NCBI GenBank assembly: GCA_963731985.1 | Contig: CAVSYA010000012.1 | Location: forward strand, 12,205 to 76,204 | DNA length: 64,000 nt | Source: an uncultured Actinomycetota bacterium | Lineage (GTDB): Bacteria; Actinomycetota; Actinomycetes; Propionibacteriales; Nocardioidaceae | Reading direction: 5' to 3' | Shown: in pieces, positions 27,694 through 40,685 of the stretch | Numbering within the stretch: position 1 is the stretch's first letter | How the letters are laid out: each line of letters begins with the position of its first letter | The notes under the pieces: model-generated | The model's database searches: none | What the model was told of the DNA's origin: nothing | Seen by the model: only the letters and a program-made list of their open reading frames with translations | Position numbers and translations under genes: made by a program

Positions 27694-29145
27694 ATGCAGC
27701 AGTCAGTGAGCGCCTCTCGCATAGCCACTTTGGTCGGGTCGTTCGACCGGTCCCCCGCGTACGCCGGCCTCGCCGCGGGCATCCGGGCGGCGGTCTGCGA
27801 CGGCCGCATCGCGCTCGACGTCCGGCTGCCGAGCGAGCGCGAGCTCACCGACGCGCTCGGGGTCTCGCGGACGACGGTGACGCGGGCCTACGCCCTGCTG
27901 CGTGAGCAGGGGTACGGCGCGGCGCGACGCGGCGCCGGCACGTTCACCCGGGCGCCCGGCGGCCGAACCCGAGCGCACGACCGGGCGCTGTTGCCGCGGT
28001 CCGGCGACACCGAGGCCATCGATCTCAACTGCGCGGCGCCGACGGGGCCGCCCGGGCTGGCCGAGGTCTACGCCGAGGCGGCGGCCGACCTGCCGGCGTA
28101 CCTCGGCGGGCACGGATACTTCCCGGCCGGACTGCCCGTGCTGCAGTCGGCGCTCGCGGACGACTACACGAGCCGCGGGCTGCCCACCGAGCCGGGGCAG
28201 ATCCTCGTGACCGCCGGGGCGTTGGCGGCCGCGGCGACCGTCGCCCATGCGCTGCTCGGTCAGGGCGACCGCGCGCTCGTCGAGAACCCGGTGTGGCCCA
28301 ACGCGGCGCTGGCCCTGAGCCAGGCGGGCGCCCGGGTCGTCGGGGCGACGGTCGACCCGGGCGGTTGGGACCTGCCGGCCATCGGCGCCGCGCTGCGGCA
28401 GGCGGCCCCCCGCACCGCCTACCTGATCCCCGACTTCCAGAACCCGACCGGGTTGCTGATGGCCGACGAGCAGCGGGCCGAGTACGCGGCGCTGCTGCGC
28501 CGGACCGGCACCACCGCCATCGTCGACGAGGTGCATCACACGCTGCTGCTCGAGGACCACGTGGCCAAGCCGCTGCCCTTCGCGGCTCACCAGCCGGGGA
28601 CGATGACCATCGGCGGCTCGAGCAAGAGCCACTGGGGCGGACTGCGCCTGGGCTGGGTGCGCGCCCCGCGGGAGATGGTCGAGCGGCTCACCCGGGCGCG
28701 ACTGGGGGTCGACCTGGGCGCCCCGGTGCTCGAGCAGCTGGTGATGACGAGGCTGCTGCTCGAGCACCCCGAGGTCGCCGTCGCCCACCGGGCGCGGCTG
28801 CGCGAGCAGCGCGACCGGCTGGTCGCCGCCGTGCGGGGCCAGCTGCCGGACTGGCGCTTCCGGCTGCCGGCCGGCGGGCTGGCGCTCTGGCTGGAGCTGC
28901 CCGCGGCGGCCGCGACGGCGGTGGCGACCGCCGCCGACGCGCGGGGGGTGATCGTCGCCCCGGGGCCGGTGTTCGCGCTCGAGGGTGGCCTGGACCGGTT
29001 CCTGCGGATTCCCTGGACCCGACCGGCCGAGGAGCTCGACGAGGCGGTGCGCCGGATCGCCGAGGCGTGGGCCGAGGTCTCCGCCCGCGGCCCGGAACGC
29101 GGAGCCGTGGGCGTGCGCGCCGGTGGCCCGGTCCTGGTCGCCTGA
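27694..29145 (+). CDS. MocR/GabR-type regulator (GntR HTH + PLP aminotransferase domain, YczR-like)
   Basis: LPSERELTDALGVSRTTV, PDFQNPTG, SSKSHWGGLRLGW. Confidence 0.92.
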   Translation: MQQSVSASRIATLVGSFDRSPAYAGLAAGIRAAVCDGRIALDVRLPSERELTDALGVSRTTVTRAYALLREQGYGAARRGAGTFTRAPGGRTRAHDRALLPRSGDTEAIDLNCAAPTGPPGLAEVYAEAAADLPAYLGGHGYFPAGLPVLQSALADDYTSRGLPTEPGQILVTAGALAAAATVAHALLGQGDRALVENPVWPNAALALSQAGARVVGATVDPGGWDLPAIGAALRQAAPRTAYLIPDFQNPTGLLMADEQRAEYAALLRRTGTTAIVDEVHHTLLLEDHVAKPLPFAAHQPGTMTIGGSSKSHWGGLRLGWVRAPREMVERLTRARLGVDLGAPVLEQLVMTRLLLEHPEVAVAHRARLREQRDRLVAAVRGQLPDWRFRLPAGGLALWLELPAAAATAVATAADARGVIVAPGPVFALEGGLDRFLRIPWTRPAEELDEAVRRIAEAWAEVSARGPERGAVGVRAGGPVLVA

Positions 29146-29150
29146 CGGCC

Positions 29151-29990
29151 TCAGGTCGCGCGCAGGATCAGGCTCTGCACCGCCCGCCCGACGGGGCCAC
29201 GGTCATCGTGCAGCACCGAGTCGGAGATCCCGTGACCGGTGGGCTGCCAGTGCGAGACCGACTCGCTGGCGAACCACTCGCCGCCCGGGGCGCGGTGCAG
29301 GTGGATCGTCACGTCGGTGTTCATGAAGGCGATCGCACCCGGCGCGGCGCTCACGTCGGCGTTGCGTGAGATGGCGTTGCCGCAGTCGGCGATCGGGCAG
29401 ATCCGCTGGAACGGCGAGGGGTCCTCGTCCGACAGCAGCGGCGGCGTGCGCAGCCAGAGCGTGCCCGGCCCCGGCCCCGGGTCCGCCTCCGGGGACACCC
29501 GGCACTCGATGGCGGAGGTGAAGCCGTGGTACCCGTGCAGGCCACCCGGATCCACGGGGAAGCCGCCCTCCACGGTGCTGGCCCGCGTGAGGGTCGGCAG
29601 GTCGGCGGTCGGTGGCTCGACCAGCGGCTCGGCAAGGTCCGCGACATGCGACCCGTGCGCCGCCAGGACCTCGCGCCCGTCGGCGTCGAGGAGGCGGACC
29701 CGCGTGGTGGAGACGCTCCTGCCCGCCCGGGTCACCTCGGCCACCACCGCGAATCCCGCCAGCGGGACCGGCCGGACCAGGTCGACCGTGAGCCGCACCA
29801 GCGGCTGGCTCGGGACCGCCCGCTCGCTGGCCCGCGCCAGCAGCCCGGCGGGCGGCCCCGCGTGGCAGGCGTCCGGGTCCCAGGGCCCCCGCGCCAGCTC
29901 CGTCGGGGCGAACCAGCGGCCGTCCTCGGTGGTGAAGAACGCGCGCGGGCCGTCGTACGGCTGGTCGGTGGGGGTGCGAGGCACAGGCAC
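29151..29990 (-). CDS. Thioesterase family (double hot-dog) protein
   Basis: GPW..HAGPPAGLL, ADCGNA, FMNTDVTIHLHR. Confidence 0.85.
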   Translation of the reverse strand: MPVPRTPTDQPYDGPRAFFTTEDGRWFAPTELARGPWDPDACHAGPPAGLLARASERAVPSQPLVRLTVDLVRPVPLAGFAVVAEVTRAGRSVSTTRVRLLDADGREVLAAHGSHVADLAEPLVEPPTADLPTLTRASTVEGGFPVDPGGLHGYHGFTSAIECRVSPEADPGPGPGTLWLRTPPLLSDEDPSPFQRICPIADCGNAISRNADVSAAPGAIAFMNTDVTIHLHRAPGGEWFASESVSHWQPTGHGISDSVLHDDRGPVGRAVQSLILRAT

Positions 29991-29998
29991 AGGCAGCC

Positions 29999-31585
29999 TC
30001 AGACCAGGCTGACGGAGCGCACCCAGGCGGCCTCGATCGAGGTCTTGATCTCGGCGAGGACGTCGGCGGGGATGGCGGTGTCCACCGAGAGCGCGACCAG
30101 GGCATGACCGCCCTTGGCGCTGCGGCCGACCTGCATGCCCGCGATGTTGACCTGCGCATCGCCCAGCACCCTGCCGACGACTCCGATGATGCCGGGGCGG
30201 TCCTCGTAGCTGCAGAACGCCAGGTGGTCGTTGGGCTCGATGTCCAGGTCGAACCCGTTCACCTCCACCAGCCGCTCGCGCTGCGCGATGCCGATCAGCG
30301 TGCCGGAGACCGAGACCTGCGACCCGTCGGCGAGCGTGCCGCGGATGGTGATCAGGTTGCGGTGGTCGGGGCTCTCGGCCTCGGTCACGAGCCGCACCTC
30401 GGTTCCCCGCTCGGCCGCCATCAGCGGCGCGTTCACATACGAGATCGGATCCTCCACCACGTCGGTGAAGACGCCCTTCAGCGCGGCCAGCTCGAGCACC
30501 TTGACGTCGAACTCGGTGATCTCGCCGCGGACCTCGACATCGATCTGCTGCGCGACCTCACCGGCGAGCGCGGTGAAGACACGGCCGAGCTTCTCGGTCA
30601 GCGGGATGCCGGGGCGCACGTCCTCGGCGATGACCCCGCCCTGCACGTTCACGGCGTCGGGCACCAGCTCGCCGGAGAGAGCCAGCCGCACCGACCGGGC
30701 CACGGCGATGCCGGCCTTCTCCTGGGCCTCATCGGTCGAGGCGCCGAGGTGCGGCGTGGCCACGACGTTCTCGAGCTCGAAGAGCGGGCTGTCGGTGCAC
30801 GGCTCCTGGGCGAAGACGTCGACGCCGGCGGCCGCCACCCGGCCCTCCTTGAGGGCCGCATAGAGCGCGTCCTCGTCGACGATGCCGCCGCGGGCGGCGT
30901 TGACCAGGACCAGCTCGGGCTTGGTCTTGTGCAGCTCCTCGGCGCCGATCAGCCCCAGGGTCTCGGGAGTCTTCGGCAGGTGCACGGACATGAAGTCCGA
31001 CTCGGCGAGCAGCGTCTCGAGGTCGACCAGGCGCACGCCCATCTGCGCTGCGCGACCGGCCTGCACGTAGGGGTCGTACGCGACGACGTGCATGCCGAAC
31101 GCCGAGAGCCGCTGCGCGACGAGGACGCCGATCCGGCCCAGGCCGACGATGCCCACGGTCTTCTCGTAGAGTTCGGTGCCGCTGTACTTCGACCGCTTCC
31201 ACTCGCCCTTGCGCAGGGCGGCGTGGGCGGGGCTGATGTGGCGCGCGGCCGCGAGCATCAGGGCCACCGCGAGCTCGGCCGCGGAGGTGATGTTGGAGGT
31301 GGGCGCGTTGACGACCATGACGCCGGCCTGCGTCGCCGCCTTGACGTCGACGTTGTCCAGGCCGACGCCGGCGCGGGCGATGACCCGCAGCTGCTTCGCG
31401 GCGGCCAGCGCCTCGGCGTCGAGCTTCGTCGCCGAGCGGACCAGCACCGCGTCCACGTCGGCGATCGCGGGGAGCAGCTCCTCACGGTCGGCGCCGTTGC
31501 AGCGGCGGATCTCGAAGTCCGGCCCCAGGGCGTCCACCGTGGCGGGGCTGAGCACTTCGGCGATGAGTACGACGGGCTTGGTCAC
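29999..31585 (-). CDS. serA: D-3-phosphoglycerate dehydrogenase
   Basis: RAGVGLDNVD, GLGRIG, NAARGG, TPHLGAST, C-terminal ACT. Confidence 0.96.
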   Translation of the reverse strand: MTKPVVLIAEVLSPATVDALGPDFEIRRCNGADREELLPAIADVDAVLVRSATKLDAEALAAAKQLRVIARAGVGLDNVDVKAATQAGVMVVNAPTSNITSAAELAVALMLAAARHISPAHAALRKGEWKRSKYSGTELYEKTVGIVGLGRIGVLVAQRLSAFGMHVVAYDPYVQAGRAAQMGVRLVDLETLLAESDFMSVHLPKTPETLGLIGAEELHKTKPELVLVNAARGGIVDEDALYAALKEGRVAAAGVDVFAQEPCTDSPLFELENVVATPHLGASTDEAQEKAGIAVARSVRLALSGELVPDAVNVQGGVIAEDVRPGIPLTEKLGRVFTALAGEVAQQIDVEVRGEITEFDVKVLELAALKGVFTDVVEDPISYVNAPLMAAERGTEVRLVTEAESPDHRNLITIRGTLADGSQVSVSGTLIGIAQRERLVEVNGFDLDIEPNDHLAFCSYEDRPGIIGVVGRVLGDAQVNIAGMQVGRSAKGGHALVALSVDTAIPADVLAEIKTSIEAAWVRSVSLV

Positions 31586-31729
31586 AGCGGGTTCCTCGGG
31601 GTGTCGGGTAATGGCGGGTCCGGGACCGGACGATCGACCGTGCACCACACTGTGCCGCGCGCTACCTTAGCCGAGATCTGGGCGAGGGCCGTCGTCGCGG
31701 GGGGCCTGGTCGCGGGCGCGGCACCGCCC

Positions 31730-32443
31730 TCAGGCGCAGCCGTCGGGCCCACAGGCCTCCCCGTCGGCTCCGACCCGCTGCAGGGCGGGGTGGGTGCGCT
31801 CCCACGCCTGCTCCAGGACCTGGGCGAACGCCTCGACCGAGGCCGCGCCGGGCACCGCCAGCGCGCGGTCGAGCACGAAGAACGGCACGCCGCCGGCGCC
31901 GAAGGCGTGTGCCTGGTCGATGTCGGCCTGGACCGCATCGACGTAGGCGTCGCCCGCGAGCACCTCCGCGACCGCGTCGCCGTCGAGGCCGGCACCCGTC
32001 GCGAGACGGGTCAGCGTGGCGTGGTCGGCGACGTTCTCGACCTCGACGAAGTAGGCGTCGAGCATGGCCTCCTTCAGCGCCGCGCGGCGGGGCTCGCCGC
32101 CGCCCTGCGCGGCGTCGGCCGCCAGGTGCAGCAGCCGGTGGGCATCGACGGTCCCGACCCGCTGCGCCTGGCCCAGCCGGAAGACCAGGCCCTCCTCGGC
32201 GGCGACGGCCTCCATCTGGTCGATCATCTGCTGACCGGCCACGGGCCCACCGCCGTACTTGCGGCCCAGGGCCTCGGCCACCGACTCAGTGGGCTCGTTC
32301 GGGGCCCCGGGGTCGAGCTGGAAGGACCGCCACACGACCTCCACCTCGTCGGCATGGGGGAAGTCCTCCAGCGCGCGCTCCAGCCGGCGCTTGCCGATGT
32401 AGCACCACGGGCAGACGACGTCGCTCCAGATCTCGATGCGCAT
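31730..32443 (-). CDS. DsbA/FrnE-family oxidoreductase
   Basis: SDVVCPWCYIG, GVPFF, C-terminal CGPDGC. Confidence 0.92.
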   Translation of the reverse strand: MRIEIWSDVVCPWCYIGKRRLERALEDFPHADEVEVVWRSFQLDPGAPNEPTESVAEALGRKYGGGPVAGQQMIDQMEAVAAEEGLVFRLGQAQRVGTVDAHRLLHLAADAAQGGGEPRRAALKEAMLDAYFVEVENVADHATLTRLATGAGLDGDAVAEVLAGDAYVDAVQADIDQAHAFGAGGVPFFVLDRALAVPGAASVEAFAQVLEQAWERTHPALQRVGADGEACGPDGCA

Positions 32444-32499
32444 GTGGGGCCAACGCCGGCGCCCCGGGCCCTTGTTCCACGGCCCGACCCGGAGGGCCC

Positions 32500-32816
32500 G
32501 AGACCGCGATCACCGGCACGCCGCAGGTGTGGGCCATCACGGCCGAGGAGCTGGCCCGGTCATGCTCGACCACGTGCTCGGGCAGCTCGTCGGCTTCATG
32601 CTCGGCGTCCTGCTGCGCCGCGCTGCCGGCGCGATCGTCGGCTACTTCGTCTTCTCGCTCCTCCTGCCAACCCTGTGCTCGGTGTTGGCGGAGACCCAGG
32701 CGTGGTTCGGCAGCCTGACCGGGGAGCAGGCCCAGCTCGCCGTCACGACCGGGGTCTGGCTGGTGCGCCCCCTGCTGCTGGGGTTGCGCCTGGTGCTCCG
32801 GTCCGAGGTGACGTGA
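32500..32816 (+). pseudogene. C-terminal remnant of an ABC-2 permease
   Basis: GFMLGVLL..AGAIVGYFVFSLLLP..LRLVLRSEV; no N-terminus and no ATPase gene. Confidence 0.55.
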
Positions 32817-32844
32817 CGCCGGCCCGCGAGGATATCCTGCCCGC

Positions 32845-33267
32845 GTGGACCGGACGGGACGGTGCGACTGCGGTGGGGTGCGCTACCGCGTGAGAGGCCC
32901 CATGCGCCCGGTGGTGAACTGCCACTGCCCGCGTTGCCGGCGCGTCACCGGGCACTTCATGGCGGCCAGCGGCGCCGCCGACGCCGACCTCGTGCTCACC
33001 TGCGCCGCGACGCTGGCCTGGTACGAAGCGGCCCCGGGGATCTCCTACGGCTTCTGCTCGACCTGCAGCTCGACCCTCTTCTGGCGCTCCGATGCCAACC
33101 CCGGCTGGACCTCCGTCGCGGCCGGGCCGCTCGATCCACCGACGGGACTGCGCACCACCACGGCGTGGTGGACGGCGGAGGCCTCGGACTACCACGTGCT
33201 CGATCCGACGCTGACCAACCATCCCCACGAGTCCGGTGTCGTGGGCTTCGGCGCCGGCGAGGAGTGA
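32845..33267 (+). CDS. GFA (CENP-V) family protein
   Basis: GRCDCGGV, CHCPRCRR, FCSTC. Confidence 0.9.
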   Translation: MDRTGRCDCGGVRYRVRGPMRPVVNCHCPRCRRVTGHFMAASGAADADLVLTCAATLAWYEAAPGISYGFCSTCSSTLFWRSDANPGWTSVAAGPLDPPTGLRTTTAWWTAEASDYHVLDPTLTNHPHESGVVGFGAGEE

Positions 33268-33274
33268 GGCGGCC

Positions 33275-33844
33275 GTGGGCGTCCAGAACGAGGCGGAGCG
33301 GGTGGAGCCGACCGCCCTCGAGGAGTGGTCGGCCTGGCTGGCGGCGCGCCACGCCGAGGCCCCGGGCGCCTGGCTGGTCAGCGCCCGCCGGGCAGCGGAC
33401 CGGGCGTTCGACTACGAGAGTGCCGTCGTGGAGGCCCTGCGCTTCGGGTGGATCGACTCCACACAGAAGCCGGTGGACGAGCGCCGCTCGATGATGTGGT
33501 TCTCCCCGCGGCGCCCCGGCAGCGTGTGGACCCGCGCCAACAAGGAGCGCGCGGCGCGACTGGAGGCCGAGGGGAGGATGGAGCGGGCGGGGGCGGCCGC
33601 CGTGGCCGCGGCGAGGGCCAGCGGCATGTGGACGCTGATGGACGACGTGGAGGACCTCGTCGTCCCGGACGATCTCGCGGCCGCGCTCTCCCGGGCCGAC
33701 GCGCGCGGCACCTGGGACGTGCTCTCCCCCTCGGCGCGCAAGGCCGCGCTCGCGTGGATCGTCACGGCCAAGCGGCCCGCAACCCGGGAGTCCCGGGTCG
33801 CGGAGACCGCCGAACGAACGGCGCGCGGCGAGCGGCCGCGCTGA
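33275..33844 (+). CDS. YdeI/OmpD-associated family protein
   Basis: EALRFGWIDS, FSPRRPGSVW, VPDDL, AKRPATR. Confidence 0.88.
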   Translation: MGVQNEAERVEPTALEEWSAWLAARHAEAPGAWLVSARRAADRAFDYESAVVEALRFGWIDSTQKPVDERRSMMWFSPRRPGSVWTRANKERAARLEAEGRMERAGAAAVAAARASGMWTLMDDVEDLVVPDDLAAALSRADARGTWDVLSPSARKAALAWIVTAKRPATRESRVAETAERTARGERPR

Positions 33845-33847
33845 GGT

Positions 33848-37297
<3,450 letters not shown>

Positions 37298-37389
37298 CGC
37301 TCTACCATTCTTGACTCGTCCCCGTCCGGCGAGCACGCCGGACCTGGCCCGGCCGTGAGCGGCGGTCTCCCGGCCCGCACCCGGCCAAC

Positions 37390-37426
37390 AAAAAACCCCC
37401 CGGCCGGTCAGCGGCGACAGGGGGTG
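37390..37426 (-). terminator. Attenuator terminator upstream of ilvB
   Basis: ACCCCC...GGGGGT stem followed by a T run. Confidence 0.75.
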
Positions 37427-37450
37427 ACGCGAGGTCGGGACCCGTGGGTC

Positions 37451-37492
37451 TCAGCGCTCGCGCCGCGTGCCTACCTCAAGGTGCGTCCACAT
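37451..37492 (-). CDS. ilvB leader peptide MWTHLEVGTRRER
   Basis: Short ORF with rare CTT and GTA codons directly before the hairpins and terminator. Confidence 0.65.
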   Translation of the reverse strand: MWTHLEVGTRRER

Positions 37493-37543
37493 GCGACCAC
37501 GATCACCGCAGGGGGTTCCCGGCGTCAATCTGTCTCCCGTCGC

Positions 37544-37581
37544 GTCCCGCATGTTGATACGACGGTCCCACATGATGGCAT
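37544..37581. promoter_or_regulatory. Two imperfect GTCCC-N7-GGGAC boxes, 21 bp apart
   Basis: GTCCCGCATGTTGATAC and GTCCCACATGATGGCAT. Confidence 0.5.
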
Positions 37582-37597
37582 GCCGTCGCGCCGGGCC

Positions 37598-38341
37598 TCA
37601 TTCCTGATTCTGCCCGTCCCTATTCTGCCCGTCCCTATTCTGCCCGTCCCTATTCTGCCCGTCCCTATTCTGCCAGGTGCACACGCAGGCCCGGTTGCCG
37701 TCGGCGTCCGCGATCACCCAGAACGCCGGCGCCTCCGCGTCGCTGACGAGCTCGCCGCCGGCGTCGATCGCGGCGGCGACGCGGGCCCTGGCCTGGTCGT
37801 GCGGCACGATCACGTCGTAGTGGAAGCGCTGCCGGTGGGGTTCGTCGGACTCCGTGGGCTGGAACCACAGGTTCGGCAGCCGCCCGGCCGGGTCGACCAC
37901 CTCGTCGGCGGGCACCTGGTCGGAGTCGGAGCGGGGTTCCGCGCCCATGATCGCGGCCCAGAACGGCCGGACCCGGTCCGCAGCGGGGGTGTCCAGCGCC
38001 AGCTCCATGGTCTGGACCGCACGCGGCTTCGCGGGCGCCCCCTCCTCGGCCGCGATCTGGCTGATCCGCGTCGCGAGCCGCACGTCGCGGGCCGTCAGCC
38101 CGTGCACGTCGTGGCTGGTGAGGGCGACGTCGACGTGCGGGTAGCGCAGGTCGACGTCGGGGTGGTGGTTCGCCTCCTCGGCGACCGCCGCGACGCGGGT
38201 GACGAAGCGCAGCCCGCTCAGGAAGTTGCCGGTCGCGAAGCGCGCGTGCAGCGACGTCAGCAACACGCGCCAGTCATCGGGGACGCCGGCTGTCACCTCG
38301 CTGGCCGGGATGAGCTGCTGGTCGTGGTCGGGAATGCTCAC
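37598..38341 (-). CDS. Pterin-4a-carbinolamine dehydratase + VOC domain protein
   Basis: AEEANHHPDVDLRY, LTSHDV, RFHYDV, FWVIADADGNRACV. Confidence 0.88.
   Translation of the reverse strand: MSIPDHDQQLIPASEVTAGVPDDWRVLLTSLHARFATGNFLSGLRFVTRVAAVAEEANHHPDVDLRYPHVDVALTSHDVHGLTARDVRLATRISQIAAEEGAPAKPRAVQTMELALDTPAADRVRPFWAAIMGAEPRSDSDQVPADEVVDPAGRLPNLWFQPTESDEPHRQRFHYDVIVPHDQARARVAAAIDAGGELVSDAEAPAFWVIADADGNRACVCTWQNRDGQNRDGQNRDGQNRDGQNQE
37607..37674 (+). repeat. 15-bp tandem repeat ATTCTGCCCGTCCCT (4.5 copies; encodes QNRDG on the minus strand)
   Basis: Read directly from the sequence. Confidence 0.93.
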
Positions 38342-38751
38342 GGGAGGACCTCCTGGCCGATCTTGCTCGGGTTGTAGGCCACCTCCCAGCGGTACCCGTC
38401 CGGGTCCGCGAAGTAGCCGCTGTAGCCGCCCCAGTCGCGCTCGAGCGCGTCGTGGACCGGGTCGGCGCCGGCGGCGCGCGCGTGCTCGAGGCAGCGGTCG
38501 ACGCCGTCCTTGCTGGCGACGTTGTGCGCGAGGATCACCGGCGGGATGCCCCCGCGCACCGGCGGGCCGCACTCCTCCTCGAAGGCGGCCGCCGACCAGA
38601 AGGAGAGGATCACCTGGTCGGCGACCTTGACCATGATCACCTCGCCGGTCTGGTGGAACGCCACGTCCCAGCCCAGGCCGTCGACGTAGAAGTGCTCCGT
38701 CTCCTGGAGGTCGCTCACCGCGAGCGTGACGACGCTGAGCCGCTGGTCCAT
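38338..38751 (-). CDS. VOC/glyoxalase family protein
   Basis: QRLSVVTLAV, WGGYSGYFADPDG.WEVAYNP. Confidence 0.9.
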   Translation of the reverse strand: MDQRLSVVTLAVSDLQETEHFYVDGLGWDVAFHQTGEVIMVKVADQVILSFWSAAAFEEECGPPVRGGIPPVILAHNVASKDGVDRCLEHARAAGADPVHDALERDWGGYSGYFADPDGYRWEVAYNPSKIGQEVLP

Positions 38752-38806
38752 GCCGCAACCCTGCCACGCGTCACCGGCAACGGGTGAGGTAGGGCGAGGT
38801 CGCGGG

Positions 38807-40498
38807 TCACCCGGTGATGGCGCCGACGGCGGCGGACTGCACCACCTGGGCGTACTTGCCGAGCACCCCGCGGGAGTACGCGGGCGGCTTCGGGTCCCAA
38901 CCGGCCCGGCGGTCCTCGAACAGCTCCCCGTCGGGCAGAACGACGTCGAGCGTCCGGTTCGCCACGTCGAGGACGATGCGGTCGCCGTCGACCAGATAGG
39001 CGATCGGTCCGCCGTCGCACGCCTCGGGGGCGACGTGGCCCACGCACAGCCCGGTGGTCCCGCCGGAGAACCGGCCGTCGGTCAGGAGCAGCACGTCCGC
39101 CCCGAGGCCCGCGCCCTTGATGGCGCCGGTGATCGCGAGCATCTCGCGCATCCCCGGGCCGCCCTTGGGTCCCTCGTAGCGGATCACCACCGCGTCGCCG
39201 GCGACGATCTCGCCGGCCGTGAGCGCGTCCATGGCCGCGCGCTCGCCGTCGAAGACCCGGGCCCGACCCTCGATCACCGACTCGTCGAAGCCGGCCGACT
39301 TCACCACCGCGCCGTCCGGCGCCAACGAGCCCTTGAGGATCGTCAGGCCCCCGGTCGCGTGGATCGGGTTCCGGAGCGAACGGATGATCGCGCCGTCGAC
39401 CTCGGGCGGCGCGAGATCGGCGAGGTTCTCGGCGAGGGTCTTGCCCGTCACCGTGAGCACGTCGCCGTGCAGCAACCCGGCGTCGAGCAGCGCCTTCATC
39501 ACCATGGGCATGCCCCCGACCCGGTCGAAGTCGACCCAGACGTACCTCCCGAAGGGCTTCATGTCGGCCAGGTGCGGCACCCGCTCCCCGATCCGGGTGA
39601 AGTCGTCGAGCGTCAGGTCGACGTCGGCCTCGCGCGCGATCGCCAGCAGGTGCAGGACGGCGTTCGTCGAGCCGCCCAACGCCATCGCCACGGCGATCGC
39701 GTTCTCGAAGGCCTCCCGCGTCAGGATCTGGCGGGCGGTGATCCCGTGGCGGAGCATCTGGACCACGGCCTCGCCGGAGCGATGGGCGAAGCCGTCGCGA
39801 CGCCGATCCACGGCCGGCGGGGCCGCCGATCCAGGCAGCGACATGCCCAGCGCCTCGGCGACCGCGGCCATCGTGTTCGCGGTGTAGGCGCCCCCGCACG
39901 CCCCCTCGCCGGGGCAGATCGCTCGCTCGACCTTGTCCACCTGCTCGCGGGACATCTTGCCGGCCAGGCAGGCGCCGACGGCCTCGAAGGCGTCGATGAT
40001 CGTCACGTTCTCACCGTCGACCTGGCCCGGCATGATCGTCCCCGCATAGAGGAACACCGACGCCAGGTCGAGCCGCGCCGCGGCCATCAGCATCCCCGGC
40101 AGCGACTTGTCGCAGCCGGCCAGCAGCACCGATCCGTCGAGCCGCTCGGCCATCATCACGGTCTCGACAGAGTCGGCGATCACCTCGCGCGAGACCAGCG
40201 AGAAGTGCATCCCGTCGTGCCCCATCGAGATGCCGTCGGAGACCGAGATGGTGCCGAACTCCAGCGGGTAGCCGCCCGCGGCGTGCACACCGTTCTTGAC
40301 CGCCTTGGCCAGCCGGTCCAGCGACAGGTTGCACGGGGTGATCTCGTTCCAGCTCGATGCGACGCCGATCTGGGGCTTCTCCCAGTCGTCGTCGCCCATC
40401 CCCACGGCGCGGAGCATGCCGCGCGCGGCCGTGCGCTCGAGGCCGTCGGTCACCTCGCGCGAGCGGGGCTTCAGGTCGTGGTTGCCGGAGGTGGTCAT
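38807..40498 (-). CDS. ilvD: Dihydroxy-acid dehydratase
   Basis: [37 protein letters not shown]. Confidence 0.97.
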   Translation of the reverse strand: MTTSGNHDLKPRSREVTDGLERTAARGMLRAVGMGDDDWEKPQIGVASSWNEITPCNLSLDRLAKAVKNGVHAAGGYPLEFGTISVSDGISMGHDGMHFSLVSREVIADSVETVMMAERLDGSVLLAGCDKSLPGMLMAAARLDLASVFLYAGTIMPGQVDGENVTIIDAFEAVGACLAGKMSREQVDKVERAICPGEGACGGAYTANTMAAVAEALGMSLPGSAAPPAVDRRRDGFAHRSGEAVVQMLRHGITARQILTREAFENAIAVAMALGGSTNAVLHLLAIAREADVDLTLDDFTRIGERVPHLADMKPFGRYVWVDFDRVGGMPMVMKALLDAGLLHGDVLTVTGKTLAENLADLAPPEVDGAIIRSLRNPIHATGGLTILKGSLAPDGAVVKSAGFDESVIEGRARVFDGERAAMDALTAGEIVAGDAVVIRYEGPKGGPGMREMLAITGAIKGAGLGADVLLLTDGRFSGGTTGLCVGHVAPEACDGGPIAYLVDGDRIVLDVANRTLDVVLPDGELFEDRRAGWDPKPPAYSRGVLGKYAQVVQSAAVGAITG

Positions 40499-40685
40499 GA
40501 GCACACCCTAGGGCCGTCGACGGCCTCCGCCCGAGCGGCGTCGCCGCGGGCGTCTCCTCCCCCGGCGGCATACCACCGCAGCCCGCCGATCGCCGCTGTT
40601 CCCGTCAATTGATGCTGACTTCACGCGAGTGCACGCGTCTTCACACCTCTTCACCCCCCCTCGTGGCGCGCGCGCCTAGCCTGAA

